Part shown: positions 20,147-29,822 of the stretch, one piece after another
How the letters are laid out: each line of letters opens with the position of its first letter
Numbering within the stretch: the stretch's first letter is position 1
IMG/VR virus record: IMGVR_UViG_3300025133_009393
DNA from: a virus
Length of the DNA stretch: 64,000 nt
Reading direction: 5' to 3' (one strand)
Position numbers and translations under genes: made by a program
Notes under the pieces: model-generated
What the model was told of the DNA's origin: nothing
The model's database searches: none
What the model saw: the letters and a program-made list of their open reading frames with translations, nothing else

Positions 20147-21013
20147 TTACCTTATTACTGAATATAGCCAGCGACCACATTGTGGATCGTCCAGCTGTTT
20201 ATCGGGATCGTTTAAATAAACAATCTCAATATTATTCTCCTGTAAGTGTGTGTGGAGTTGATACTCTACAGCATACTTTTTTGATTCGGGACCATGGTCA
20301 TATTTTTCCATAGGTGGATAAGCATCTTCTTTTTCATTTAAAGAGCAATATATATCCATAACGGATGGGCATCCAAAAGCAAAGCCATCAAATAAGTATC
20401 TATCCATAAACCGATTTTCCGCAGGGGGAAGCCAGCCGCCAAAAAGAAATATTTTGTTGTCTATGCTGCCGTATTGTCTGATTGTTCGGGCTACCAATTC
20501 TTCGAAATCTATACCAATATTCAGCGTATAATCGTACCTACTACGTATAATTAGATCATATTCAAAGCCGCCATCTTTGGCATATTGACGTGCCAATTGA
20601 TTGCTTCTGCTCATCTTGTGAAGTTGCCTTTTTTTTAACCACTGCCATTTTGTTATTTTTTCAACTTCATTGTTGTCCTCGTCGATATCTTCATCTTCAA
20701 TGTATAGTTTCTTCAGCCTATCTCCGCATATATCATTTATTCTATCAGTTATTATTCGATCATCAACATTGTAAATTATACCGTACGTATTGAACATCTT
20801 CATCCAGCCAATTCCACCAGGAAGATATTCCTTTACTACTCCATTTAACGGCGGCAAATTTACATTCGAAGCAACTCCTTTTTTTTGAGTAACTGCATTT
20901 GATGTGTAAGCAAAAACGTCAACATCGTTAAATGCCATGAGAGCTAGCTGATGATTTGCATGTGCATCTGCAAAGCGATTAATCTGTCCGGAATAACATA
21001 AAGCGATTTTCAT
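20147..21013 (-). CDS. Hypothetical glycosyltransferase-like protein
   Basis: KIALCYSGQ, YDLIIRSRYD and DGFAFG motifs, seen in GT-A-like proteins of viral glycan clusters. Assignment rests largely on context. Confidence 0.5.
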   Translation of the reverse strand: MKIALCYSGQINRFADAHANHQLALMAFNDVDVFAYTSNAVTQKKGVASNVNLPPLNGVVKEYLPGGIGWMKMFNTYGIIYNVDDRIITDRINDICGDRLKKLYIEDEDIDEDNNEVEKITKWQWLKKRQLHKMSRSNQLARQYAKDGGFEYDLIIRSRYDYTLNIGIDFEELVARTIRQYGSIDNKIFLFGGWLPPAENRFMDRYLFDGFAFGCPSVMDIYCSLNEKEDAYPPMEKYDHGPESKKYAVEYQLHTHLQENNIEIVYLNDPDKQLDDPQCGRWLYSVIR

Positions 21014-21702
21014 TCTTTTTTTTCGTTTAAAAATTTATACATAGCTTCGCACAAATCAAATTGCCACTCGTAATCGATGTCGAACACTTCTTCTTCTGGA
21101 ACGGGAGTCAATTTAATATCTCCTTTTTTACGAAAATCGCCCATCCAGATCCCTTTGCCAACTTTATCTAGTCTCGCTGCATACAAACAATGTGCAGCCT
21201 CATTGATAACTTTGGTAGTCCTTGTATTCATACAATCCTCGGTTAGAGGTGTTAAACACTCTTCCTCGTCGTTCCAAAAATAATTCTTTTTTTGTATAAC
21301 TCCGAACATACCATCTGAGTCTGAGTTGATATACTGTTCAACAAAATTATCAATAGTTTCGATCTTAATCAGAGGACAGCATGCACTGACAAGTATTGCG
21401 TATTTAAAAGGTAGCTTATCCCACCACTCATATAGCTCTGTCAGTTTTGGATTGTCTGCTTCAGCAGACTCCTTGCTTCTGTGGTAAATATTAACACCAT
21501 GTTTTCTTCCTATCTCCAACAGCTCTTCTTCGTATACAGAAAGATAAAAATTCTCTTTTGGTATAATCTTAGAATTTAAAATCTTTTCAACGCAAATATC
21601 TGTTATGGTCGTGCCCGCAAAAGGCCTTGTCATTTTTCCAGGTGTCCTCTTAGAAGAAAGTCTAGCCTGTACAATCACACACACATCTTTTATATCTTTC
21701 AT
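21010..21702 (-). CDS. neuA: CMP-nonulosonate synthetase (acylneuraminate cytidylyltransferase)
   Basis: IVQARLSSKRTPGK and FDIDYEWQF motifs of NeuA/KdsB-type cytidylyltransferases. Confidence 0.8.
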   Translation of the reverse strand: MKDIKDVCVIVQARLSSKRTPGKMTRPFAGTTITDICVEKILNSKIIPKENFYLSVYEEELLEIGRKHGVNIYHRSKESAEADNPKLTELYEWWDKLPFKYAILVSACCPLIKIETIDNFVEQYINSDSDGMFGVIQKKNYFWNDEEECLTPLTEDCMNTRTTKVINEAAHCLYAARLDKVGKGIWMGDFRKKGDIKLTPVPEEEVFDIDYEWQFDLCEAMYKFLNEKKE

Positions 21703-22059
21703 TTAGTCCCCCTTTATAATCCTGTATGAGTCTTTATCAAAATGCTGAGTTGAGAATTCAAATAGTTCTGTGTCTTCTAGAGCCAACATTTGATGTCGCA
21801 AGCCCCTATACACATGAAAATTGTCTCCTTTGTTCAAAATAATTTCTGCCGCGGCTTCAATATCATCTTCATCGGAATATTTTACAAGCATCTTTCCAGA
21901 CTGAATGTAAAAAACCTCGTCTTTTAATTTATGATAATGCCAAGAACATCTTTTGTCTTTTGCAAAGTAAAGTAGTTTACCACAGTATTCCTCGCAATTT
22001 ATAATCCATTTTTCAAATCCCCATCCTTTGGGGACAAATTTTATTTCTGGTTGTAACAT
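21703..22059 (-). CDS. Cupin-fold sugar isomerase
   Basis: VPKGWGFE, SWHYHKLKDEVFYIQSG and HQM cupin motifs. Confidence 0.85.
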   Translation of the reverse strand: MLQPEIKFVPKGWGFEKWIINCEEYCGKLLYFAKDKRCSWHYHKLKDEVFYIQSGKMLVKYSDEDDIEAAAEIILNKGDNFHVYRGLRHQMLALEDTELFEFSTQHFDKDSYRIIKGD

Positions 22060-22060
22060 T

Positions 22061-22795
22061 TTATAATCCTTTTGTTAGCCATCCGCCATCAACGTATATG
22101 TCTTGTCCAGTTATATAATCAGAAGCATTCGAGGCTAGAAATATTGCAATTCCAGCCAAGTCAGACGGATTGCCCCATCTTTTTAAAAAAGTCTTTTCTT
22201 TTCTTTCTTCATATGTTTTTGGGTTTGACCAGCTTTTTTTAGTCATCTCTGTTAACATATACCCCGGGCCAATATTGTTAACTCTTATATTATATTTTCC
22301 CAGATCACAAGCTAATGATTTGGTCAGTTGCTTGAGGCCGCCCTTCATCGCAACATATGCTGGATTATCCGGAAAAGCCATTTCTGCATTCAAGCTAGTA
22401 ATATTAATAATTGATCCGCCACGATTTTTCATTTTTGTAGCCAATCTTCTCGATATCAAATAGGGCGCCTTTAAATTGACTTGGTATGTTTTTTCCCAAT
22501 CTTCGTCTTTATAATCAAAGATATTATTTCCATATGTTACGCCGGCGTTATTGACTAAAATATCAACATTTTCATTTTCTGCTTCAATTATGCTTAACGC
22601 CATATCGATATCTTTCTCATCAGACAAATCACATCTTATGTAATTCAATTCTGAATTCTCTAATATATCTAAATTATAAACTTTGGCGCCGGCTAAAGAA
22701 AGTCCACTAGCGATTGCCTGGCCATTTCCTTGAGAAGCGCCAGTTACGACTGCAACCTTCCCTTCCAGCGAAAAGAGATCTTTAATAGTTTTCAT
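22061..22795 (-). CDS. SDR oxidoreductase (gluconate 5-dehydrogenase-like)
   Basis: TGASQGNG, LVNNAG, YVAMKGG and YITGQDIYVDGG. Confidence 0.9.
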   Translation of the reverse strand: MKTIKDLFSLEGKVAVVTGASQGNGQAIASGLSLAGAKVYNLDILENSELNYIRCDLSDEKDIDMALSIIEAENENVDILVNNAGVTYGNNIFDYKDEDWEKTYQVNLKAPYLISRRLATKMKNRGGSIINITSLNAEMAFPDNPAYVAMKGGLKQLTKSLACDLGKYNIRVNNIGPGYMLTEMTKKSWSNPKTYEERKEKTFLKRWGNPSDLAGIAIFLASNASDYITGQDIYVDGGWLTKGL

Positions 22796-23493
22796 CTTAT
22801 TAAAACCCTATTAAGTCGTATTTCTTCAGATATCATATTGGAATCATACGATATAATCTTTACTATAAAGTCAGCAATTTCTTCCGGGCGCATAAAAGTA
22901 TCATAATCTTGATTTCTAACTTGCAAGCCCATTGAAGTCTGTATTGAGCCAGGAGAAACTGAATATACACGTATTCCCTCTTCTTTCAACTCATCATAGA
23001 GTGAACGTGTGAGACCCAAAAGAGCATGTTTCGAAGCGCAATATATTGACGTTTCTTTGAATCCGGCGTATGAGGAAGAGGAGCAAATATTTACTATCCT
23101 TCCCCACTTCCTTTCCTTCATTCTTTCGCTAAGAATTTTACACAAAACGAATGGAGCACGTACATTAACATTAAAGCATTTATTATACATCGCAATAGAA
23201 GATTCTTCTAGAGTCGAAACAGGAAAAATACCAGCACAATTAATTAAAATATCAATATCATTTACTGATAGGCATTTTTGCGCAGTATTCTTTATTTCTT
23301 CCACATTCTCTAGATTACAAACACTATAACCTAAAGAACTCTCTCCTAGACTTTCTTGTAATTCTAAGAGTTTTTTTTCATCTCTTCCTATTGTATATAT
23401 GTTACAGCCGACAGAGGCTAAAAAAATAGAGATCTCTCTTCCCAGTCCGCGAGTGGCGCCGGTTACAAAAGCGTTTTTTCCATTTAAAAGCAT
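22792..23493 (-). CDS. SDR oxidoreductase
   Basis: TGATRGLG, LINCAG and YCASKHA. Confidence 0.9.
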   Translation of the reverse strand: MLLNGKNAFVTGATRGLGREISIFLASVGCNIYTIGRDEKKLLELQESLGESSLGYSVCNLENVEEIKNTAQKCLSVNDIDILINCAGIFPVSTLEESSIAMYNKCFNVNVRAPFVLCKILSERMKERKWGRIVNICSSSSYAGFKETSIYCASKHALLGLTRSLYDELKEEGIRVYSVSPGSIQTSMGLQVRNQDYDTFMRPEEIADFIVKIISYDSNMISEEIRLNRVLIR

Positions 23494-23496
23494 GGG

Positions 23497-24372
23497 CTAT
23501 AGCTTTGCTTTCTGGTGCCAATAAGGATTTGCTAGCTTCTTACGAGAGGCTGCTTCTACTTCTGTCATTCTTTTGACACCATCGCCCATTGATTTTGCGG
23601 CAATATTCAAATAGCGTACCAACGTCTTAAAGCCTTGAGGCTCCAAAGATGCTGCCTGATCAGATCCGTACATTGTTCTATCTAGAGTAATATGTCTCTC
23701 GATACTAGTGGCGCCCAGAATAAAAGCCGCTACAGAAATTTGCAGGCCTCGCTCATGGCCACTATACCCAACATCGCAATTATATGCTTCTCTTAAAGCA
23801 CTAATCATTTTAAGATTTGCCTCCTCATCTTCCATTGGGTAAGACGAGTTACAATGCATCAGCTCAAACGGACATTTATGATTTTCAAAAATCTTTACTG
23901 CGTTCTGTATTTCATCCAAAGTACTCATGCCAGTTGAAATAAAAGTGTATTTTCCTTCTTCTGCAACCTTATGTAACATTGGATCTAGAGTTAGCATAGC
24001 CGATGCCACTTTGTTATATTTTAAATCATACTTGCGCAAGAATTCTTGACTTTTCAAATCCCATGCCGAGGCGAACCATTCAATATTTACCTTCTTACAA
24101 AATGCATCAATCTGATCATACTCTGCTTCACCAAATTCTAAACCATTTTTCTGTTCTCTATTTGTCTTTCCAAATGGACTTTCTCTAAATCGATCTAGAT
24201 CTTCCGGAGTGTACACATCTTCTACTGTTCGTTTTTGAAATTTTACAGCGTCGAAGCCGGCTTTTTTCGCCTCTACGATAAGCTTTTTAGCTGTTTTCAT
24301 ATCTCCATTGTGATTGATACCAATTTCTGCAATCAAAAATGGTTTCTTTTCGTTTTTACCCGTTTCAAACAT
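23497..24372 (-). CDS. neuB: Nonulosonate (N-acetylneuraminate-type) synthase, short form without SAF domain
   Basis: IAEIGINHNGD, VKFQKR, GYSGHE and IERHITLDR. Confidence 0.92.
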   Translation of the reverse strand: MFETGKNEKKPFLIAEIGINHNGDMKTAKKLIVEAKKAGFDAVKFQKRTVEDVYTPEDLDRFRESPFGKTNREQKNGLEFGEAEYDQIDAFCKKVNIEWFASAWDLKSQEFLRKYDLKYNKVASAMLTLDPMLHKVAEEGKYTFISTGMSTLDEIQNAVKIFENHKCPFELMHCNSSYPMEDEEANLKMISALREAYNCDVGYSGHERGLQISVAAFILGATSIERHITLDRTMYGSDQAASLEPQGFKTLVRYLNIAAKSMGDGVKRMTEVEAASRKKLANPYWHQKAKL

Positions 24373-24408
24373 AGTTCACCTCTCTTAAAATGTTGTTTTA
24401 CGTGCCTT

Positions 24409-24437
24409 ACTATAACATATTTTACTATTTTTGTAAA
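24409..24437 (-). promoter_or_regulatory. Sigma70-like promoter TTTACA-N17-TATAGT with extended -10 TG
   Basis: Lies in the 78-bp gap between 24372 and 24451, one of the few gaps in the sugar cluster, upstream of neuB. Confidence 0.55.
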
Positions 24438-24450
24438 GCCACAACAGCTG

Positions 24451-25407
24451 TTATGCAAACTTCTGCAGCTTTTTATATTTCTCTTCTAAGGGGAAATTCT
24501 GCCTAGATATATCAGTAGACATATTCGAAGGATGTCCTTCTCCTAGGTTTTGAAATTTTACATTCTTTCCTATATCGTTAAGGAGATAGTCCCATAGAAA
24601 TACGTAACCTCTCTTATAAACTCCATAATTACCCTTTCCAGTGCGTACTTTCTTTCCCTGAAAAGCATGCTTGACCACTTCTCCGTTTTCGTCTCCCTTC
24701 TTAAGACCGTCCATTCCTACGATATGTACTTCTTTGGCGCCAAGCAAAACAGCCATACACAACAACCTAGGAACTGTACCTATCTTACAACGAAATCTAG
24801 TGTGTGCGTATATAGCCCTATCCGGATACTTGTTCTTGATAGATTGGAAATAATCTTCTTTCTTAAATTTATCTTCAATGCATATGATTGTTGAATTATT
24901 CTCTAGGTAATTGTGAAACTTTTCGTTATTTTCACTAAAATCTGTCTCACCGGTAAAAAAGGCAAACGAAACATCTATATTCTTCATCTTTTCATTGTGA
25001 TAAAAATGATTGCAAGAAAAAACATAGTCATACTCTTCGGGATCCCAATCACACTGTATCGCGGTGGGGCCTGCGCCGACGACCAAAATTTTACTATCTT
25101 TGAATTTTTCCAATTGAGGAATATTCTGGAAGATGGCCTCTTCGCTGCACAACATATCCTCTCCAAAAGCGTCATGATATAACTCTTTAACGAAAGATAA
25201 ACCATATTGTTGATTATTGAGAAAATCTTCCTTGCTGCTCATAAATGAACTATACAAACTAGGTGTGTTTGTCCAATTTTGAGCGGAAGAGAAACGTACT
25301 CCCTCTTCCAGATCTAGCCAGTGCGTTGCGTATTTGCCTTCTTTTACCTTTATTCGAGGCATTTTCTTGCAATTATTCCAAATAATCTCGTATTCATTAT
25401 CAATCAT
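24451..25407 (-). CDS. GT42 (Cst-II)/Maf-like sialyltransferase
   Basis: ILVVGAGPT...VFSCNHFY and AVLLGAKEVHIVGMDG parallel the Cst-II motifs IIAGNGPS...FRCNQFY and ALGYKEIYLSGID. Confidence 0.7.
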   Translation of the reverse strand: MIDNEYEIIWNNCKKMPRIKVKEGKYATHWLDLEEGVRFSSAQNWTNTPSLYSSFMSSKEDFLNNQQYGLSFVKELYHDAFGEDMLCSEEAIFQNIPQLEKFKDSKILVVGAGPTAIQCDWDPEEYDYVFSCNHFYHNEKMKNIDVSFAFFTGETDFSENNEKFHNYLENNSTIICIEDKFKKEDYFQSIKNKYPDRAIYAHTRFRCKIGTVPRLLCMAVLLGAKEVHIVGMDGLKKGDENGEVVKHAFQGKKVRTGKGNYGVYKRGYVFLWDYLLNDIGKNVKFQNLGEGHPSNMSTDISRQNFPLEEKYKKLQKFA

Positions 25408-26062
25408 TTATTTTCTCCACTTCTGCTAATTTAATTAATAGTTTTTTGCCATCAGATGTTTTGATATAAGCGTTAGGGTATGGATCTGATAACATTCGTA
25501 TCTTGTTATAAAGATAACCTGACGGCTTACTCGCAAGTTCATCTAGTGTTATTTCGCTTTGTTTTGGAGTGCGCCTAGGGTAATAAGTTGCTTTAGTTTC
25601 GTCTTGCTTGGCCGGCCTAGGCATTTCGTTTAAAATTTCTTTTGTCATCTCTGTGCCTTTTTCCACTATTCTCATAAATATTTCTTCCAAAGAGCCTCTT
25701 AACGACAAGTCTTTCTGCACTAGAATATCGCCAGCATCATACTCTTCATTTATTATAAATAAAGTAATTTTAGTATCTAATACTCCTCTTATAATTTGAT
25801 TTTGCAAAGGAGAGCCACCTCTAAATCTAGGAAGATCAGAAGGGTGTAGCATAATTGATTTAAAATTTTTATGTATCTCCTCGTCAATTTGCCAACTCCA
25901 TCCATAAAAAAATATAATATCTGGTTGAAAATCGAAGATTTTATTATTGTTAAAGCTCTCTTTGTTCAAAATTAAAAAGTCACATTCTAGATCTTTTATT
26001 AAATTTTGATATATTTCTATAGCCCACTTTCGATAGCCAACGCAAGCTAGCTTCACTTGCAC
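25400..26062 (-). CDS. Sugar N-formyltransferase (Fmt-like fold)
   Basis: LHPSDLPRFRGGSP, DAGDI and RMLSDPYPNA, located inside a sugar cluster. Confidence 0.85.
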   Translation of the reverse strand: MQVKLACVGYRKWAIEIYQNLIKDLECDFLILNKESFNNNKIFDFQPDIIFFYGWSWQIDEEIHKNFKSIMLHPSDLPRFRGGSPLQNQIIRGVLDTKITLFIINEEYDAGDILVQKDLSLRGSLEEIFMRIVEKGTEMTKEILNEMPRPAKQDETKATYYPRRTPKQSEITLDELASKPSGYLYNKIRMLSDPYPNAYIKTSDGKKLLIKLAEVEKIND

Positions 26063-26727
26063 ATCCTTACAATCTGAAACGCTTCTGCATATTTATAACC
26101 ACTTTGCATACCTCGCGACATAGACAAAGTTTTAATTCCCTCATCGCTCCTGGGGAATGGCCAAGGGCGACATTCAGTGAAATATTCTTTTATGGCCAGA
26201 CACTTATTTTGCACATCTTCTTCGGACAAATTATAAAACATATTTGGACAAAACGAGTCTTTAAAGCCCCACTCAGTACTACTCAACACCTCATAGCATA
26301 GTACTCTTTTTACAGTCGACATGCCAGGACGAGTTGCTATCATTGTAGCATCATGCACTTTTCTATGATCAGTGTTGCTATCACTGCTCCAGTGAGTAAA
26401 GACAGTATCCGGTTTGAAATCTTGGATCTCTTTTTCGATCATTTTGTTTATTGTTAGCTGCGGAACTTGATCTAATCTTCCACATGGCAAGTTGTTAAAA
26501 ACAATATTAGATACTCTCACCCTTGATAATGCTCGACAAGCAGAATCATTACGAATTTGTATTTCTTTAGCGTATTTTTCTTGATCACTTGAATCAAAAC
26601 GACATGTCGTGCCCTCGGCTATAAAAACAACCTTAAAATCGATTGATTTTGAAAACCTACTCATTATGCCGCCGCAGCCAAGAAGCTCATCGTCTGGGTG
26701 TGCAGCTATTACCAATGCTTTTTTCAT
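26053..26727 (-). CDS. PIG-L/LmbE-family N-deacetylase
   Basis: IAAHPDDE and DSNTDH motifs. Start at MKKALV after a GAGGAG RBS. Confidence 0.9.
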   Translation of the reverse strand: MKKALVIAAHPDDELLGCGGIMSRFSKSIDFKVVFIAEGTTCRFDSSDQEKYAKEIQIRNDSACRALSRVRVSNIVFNNLPCGRLDQVPQLTINKMIEKEIQDFKPDTVFTHWSSDSNTDHRKVHDATMIATRPGMSTVKRVLCYEVLSSTEWGFKDSFCPNMFYNLSEEDVQNKCLAIKEYFTECRPWPFPRSDEGIKTLSMSRGMQSGYKYAEAFQIVRMCK

Positions 26728-27253
26728 AGTCTCCTCTAAGTAAAGATAAAATATGAGAATTATAGTACTTCCCATTATAATAATAATGCTGTCTCAAAGT
26801 AGCATCAATCGCAAAACCAGCTTTTTTGAAAAATTCCAGCTTCTTGTTGTCAATCTCATATATCTCAGCCCAAATCTTATTCATATTCATTATATGAAAA
26901 CCGCGTTTAAGCATTAGTTCTAAAGCGCGTGGTGCATATTTTTCATCTATCCATTGAGCGTCTTGTCCGATATAAAAATGCAAATCACAGTGCTTGTTTA
27001 GCCAGTCTATATAAGTAAAACCAGCAACACCAACTGGATCTTTGCTTTCAACGAAGTTATCATAAATCATAAACATTTCAAATCGATCATCGTTAATCAT
27101 TGAATCATACCACTTTTCTTTTTGAGAAAGTGAGAATTCTCTATATTCTCTAAAGTATCTTCTTAAATTTTCATTGTTTCTCCAGCGCTGTAATAGTTTT
27201 AAATCATCTTTCTCAATAGCCCTGATTCCAACAACTTCGTTGGCTATCATCAA
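26687..27253 (-). CDS. GNAT N-acetyltransferase (PseH/RimJ-like)
   Basis: IRAIEKDDL..L..WRN, NKIWAEIYE, and F.KAGF..DATLRQHYY motifs. Confidence 0.85.
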   Translation of the reverse strand: MMIANEVVGIRAIEKDDLKLLQRWRNNENLRRYFREYREFSLSQKEKWYDSMINDDRFEMFMIYDNFVESKDPVGVAGFTYIDWLNKHCDLHFYIGQDAQWIDEKYAPRALELMLKRGFHIMNMNKIWAEIYEIDNKKLEFFKKAGFAIDATLRQHYYYNGKYYNSHILSLLRGDYEKSIGNSCTPRR

Positions 27254-28311
27254 ACATGCTCCTTTCTAAAATAATCTCCACTTTTAATCAACTTGTTAAT
27301 TTTCTTTCCGATAATTTCATCAACTTTATTAATTGATATCGCATCCTGCGGGCTTGGTCTTTGAAACTGAATTGATTCTCGATCGATAATTTCGCCCGGG
27401 CGCATATCTCTGGTGGTTCTTATTGATCTTCTTTGCAAGATGACAGTCTCTTCCTCGTTTGGTTGTACCTCTTTCGTACCATGACCCATAGATAACTCTA
27501 ATAATCTAGCATCATCGACCATTGCACGCCAAGTTTTAGGATCCATAGAAAAAGGATGATCAGGCCCGGGACGGCTAGTATCATCAGTAAAGTGTTTTTC
27601 AATAACTCTTGCGCCTAGGGCAATTGCTCCCAAAGCCGTAACATGACCCAAAGTATGATCACTAAGTCCTAAAATTAAATCCGGATACATAGCCTGATAT
27701 GTTTTAAGTACATTTAAATTAATGTACTTAAAATTTTCTTTTTTTGCAGTGTAGTTTGTATTACACTGCATCAATACAATCTGGCTATTATGAGGTCGGA
27801 TAACTTCGACGGCTCTTTGGACTTCTCCAATATTCCCAGCGCCGGTTGCAAGAAGCACCGGCTTATTTGTCTCTGCGACGCTCTGTAACATTGCTTCCCA
27901 TCCAAGGTCACCGCTTCCAATCTTGAAAGCAGGAACAAATTCATTTAAATGTTGTACCATATCTAAATCGTACGGTGTTGAAAAAAAAGTTATTTGTAAT
28001 TTTTTACAATGCTCTCTTAATTCTTGCGTCCAATTCAAAGGTACTTCTGCGTCTTTGTAGACTTCAAAAATCGATTTTTTCCAAGACGATTGATGGCTAA
28101 ATTTGCCACCTAAATTTTTAAAACCATAGTCGCTTACATATTTTGTAACATCATGGTGCTGGAATTTTACAGCGTTTGCGCCGGCTTGTTTTGCAAGCTC
28201 AATTAGTTTCTTTGCTCTTTCTAAGTTTCCATCATGATTGGCTGCAATATCAGCAATAAAATAAGTCTTAGAATTTTTTGAAATTTTACAGTTATCTATC
28301 TTTATAATCAT
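27250..28311 (-). CDS. neuB: Nonulosonate synthase with C-terminal SAF domain (PseI/LegI-like)
   Basis: IADIAANHDG, VKFQ, GLSDHT, IEKHFT and a C-terminal RRSI...RP SAF region. Confidence 0.92.
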   Translation of the reverse strand: MIIKIDNCKISKNSKTYFIADIAANHDGNLERAKKLIELAKQAGANAVKFQHHDVTKYVSDYGFKNLGGKFSHQSSWKKSIFEVYKDAEVPLNWTQELREHCKKLQITFFSTPYDLDMVQHLNEFVPAFKIGSGDLGWEAMLQSVAETNKPVLLATGAGNIGEVQRAVEVIRPHNSQIVLMQCNTNYTAKKENFKYINLNVLKTYQAMYPDLILGLSDHTLGHVTALGAIALGARVIEKHFTDDTSRPGPDHPFSMDPKTWRAMVDDARLLELSMGHGTKEVQPNEEETVILQRRSIRTTRDMRPGEIIDRESIQFQRPSPQDAISINKVDEIIGKKINKLIKSGDYFRKEHV

Positions 28312-29041
28312 TTTTTATTATCTCCATGCCTTCCAAAAAAGATACCGTCTTGTCCGGGTTTTCTAAAACAAGGTCTTGATATTCTATTTCAACAGGATTT
28401 ATCAACTGTTGATCTAATCCAAGGATCTTTGCTAGTTCTGTTAAGAATTGATATTTGCTTATAGTTCTGTCACTTGCTATAGTATAAACCCCGCTTATTT
28501 TATTGTCAAGTAATTCTTTAATACATTCCGAAAGTTGATCAACATGTACAGGATTAAAAAAACTATTTTCATATCCGTTTATTTGCTTTCCATTTTTTAA
28601 ACTGGTAAAAGCCCACTCAGCCAGATTTGAGGAACCATATATATTTGTTCGAATTACTAAATTATCTTCGTCCAGCAAGGCTATATTTTCACCTACTTTT
28701 TTAGTTTCAAAATAAACATTTTTTTTGTAAATTGATTTTTTCCATACTGGAATTGTCGAAATATACACAAGCTTTTTACAATGCTTACTGAGCAAATCGT
28801 TTATATAGGCATGTAAGATTTTACATTTTTCTCTATTTTCTTGGCAATACTTTAAATTTGTAAAAGCTGCACAATGTATTATTACATCATAATATTTATC
28901 TACGAACCATTTATTAGTTTCTTGAATATTAGTTAAATCTAAATCTTGTTTTCCATTCAACATATCCGCCGCCGGAAATATGTTAGATAATGATGAACCT
29001 AACATGCCGGTGGCGCCGGTTATAAGAATTTTATCATTCAT
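28292..29041 (-). CDS. RmlD-like NDP-4-keto-6-deoxyhexose reductase
   Basis: ITGATGMLG, IHCAAFTN, YISTxx and YFETKK. Confidence 0.8.
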   Translation of the reverse strand: MNDKILITGATGMLGSSLSNIFPAADMLNGKQDLDLTNIQETNKWFVDKYYDVIIHCAAFTNLKYCQENREKCKILHAYINDLLSKHCKKLVYISTIPVWKKSIYKKNVYFETKKVGENIALLDEDNLVIRTNIYGSSNLAEWAFTSLKNGKQINGYENSFFNPVHVDQLSECIKELLDNKISGVYTIASDRTISKYQFLTELAKILGLDQQLINPVEIEYQDLVLENPDKTVSFLEGMEIIKNDYKDR

Positions 29042-29043
29042 TT

Positions 29044-29742
29044 TTATTTTGTAACTTTAACAAAATGTTCAAAACCATTTGATGCATCTGGCGCATCATC
29101 GATATGTATAGTTCCTTTATCTTGATACAATTCATTAAAATTATGTATATATCTCATACGGGTATTTGGCTTCTTTGAAAAAGACTCACCATGTTCTTCA
29201 GCATGTACAATACCTAAATTCGTATGATCATATATGCTATTTACTATATTAGTTATATATTTTGTGTCTAGAAATCCTTTGGTAATCGCGATGACCTGTC
29301 CCGTGGCCGCTACCATGGTAGACCGATCTGATTCATCCCAATTTGGAATATGTATTAACACTCCAGCTGTAAAAATTACATCAAATTTTCTACCTTTTAA
29401 TTTACTTGATAAATCATAAATCGAGCCATGTATAGTTTCCATAGCATCTAATTTAGATTTTGCATATTCTAATGCAGGCTTGTTAATATCATATCCTGTT
29501 AATTCAACAGATGAATCTAATTTGTGAATTTCTCGTAAATTATATCCTCCTAGGCATCCTATTTCTAAAATCGACCTTGGATTAAGCTCAAGTATAAATT
29601 CTGCTAGTTTTGCTCTTCTTTCTGTTTTAAAATTTTCATAACCAGAATGATCAAATTCGGACGTGCTAGCCCAATGTTTTTCTAATTCTTTAACTATCCA
29701 GGGTGTAGAAAGCGTGCGAGGAGGGTTGTTAGACTGTTTCAT
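29044..29742 (-). CDS. Class I SAM methyltransferase (pseudaminic-acid-cluster-associated type)
   Basis: ILEIGCLGGYNL, GYDIN and FDVIFTAGVLIH. Confidence 0.8.
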   Translation of the reverse strand: MKQSNNPPRTLSTPWIVKELEKHWASTSEFDHSGYENFKTERRAKLAEFILELNPRSILEIGCLGGYNLREIHKLDSSVELTGYDINKPALEYAKSKLDAMETIHGSIYDLSSKLKGRKFDVIFTAGVLIHIPNWDESDRSTMVAATGQVIAITKGFLDTKYITNIVNSIYDHTNLGIVHAEEHGESFSKKPNTRMRYIHNFNELYQDKGTIHIDDAPDASNGFEHFVKVTK

Positions 29743-29770
29743 TTTTTTCTCTCATTTTTATGTTTAATGT

Positions 29771-29822
29771 TATTAACATTTTAATCCTTTTTCTATTAAC
29801 ATTTTAATCCTTTTTCTATTAA
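29771..29822. repeat. Tandem duplication of 23 bp (2 copies plus 6 bp)
   Basis: TATTAACATTTTAATCCTTTTTC at 29771-29793 and 29794-29816, followed by TATTAA. Confidence 0.95.

Noticed and set aside
25400-26062. Methionyl-tRNA formyltransferase (fmt)
   Set aside because: Short and embedded between a deacetylase and a sugar transferase, so a sugar N-formyltransferase is more likely.
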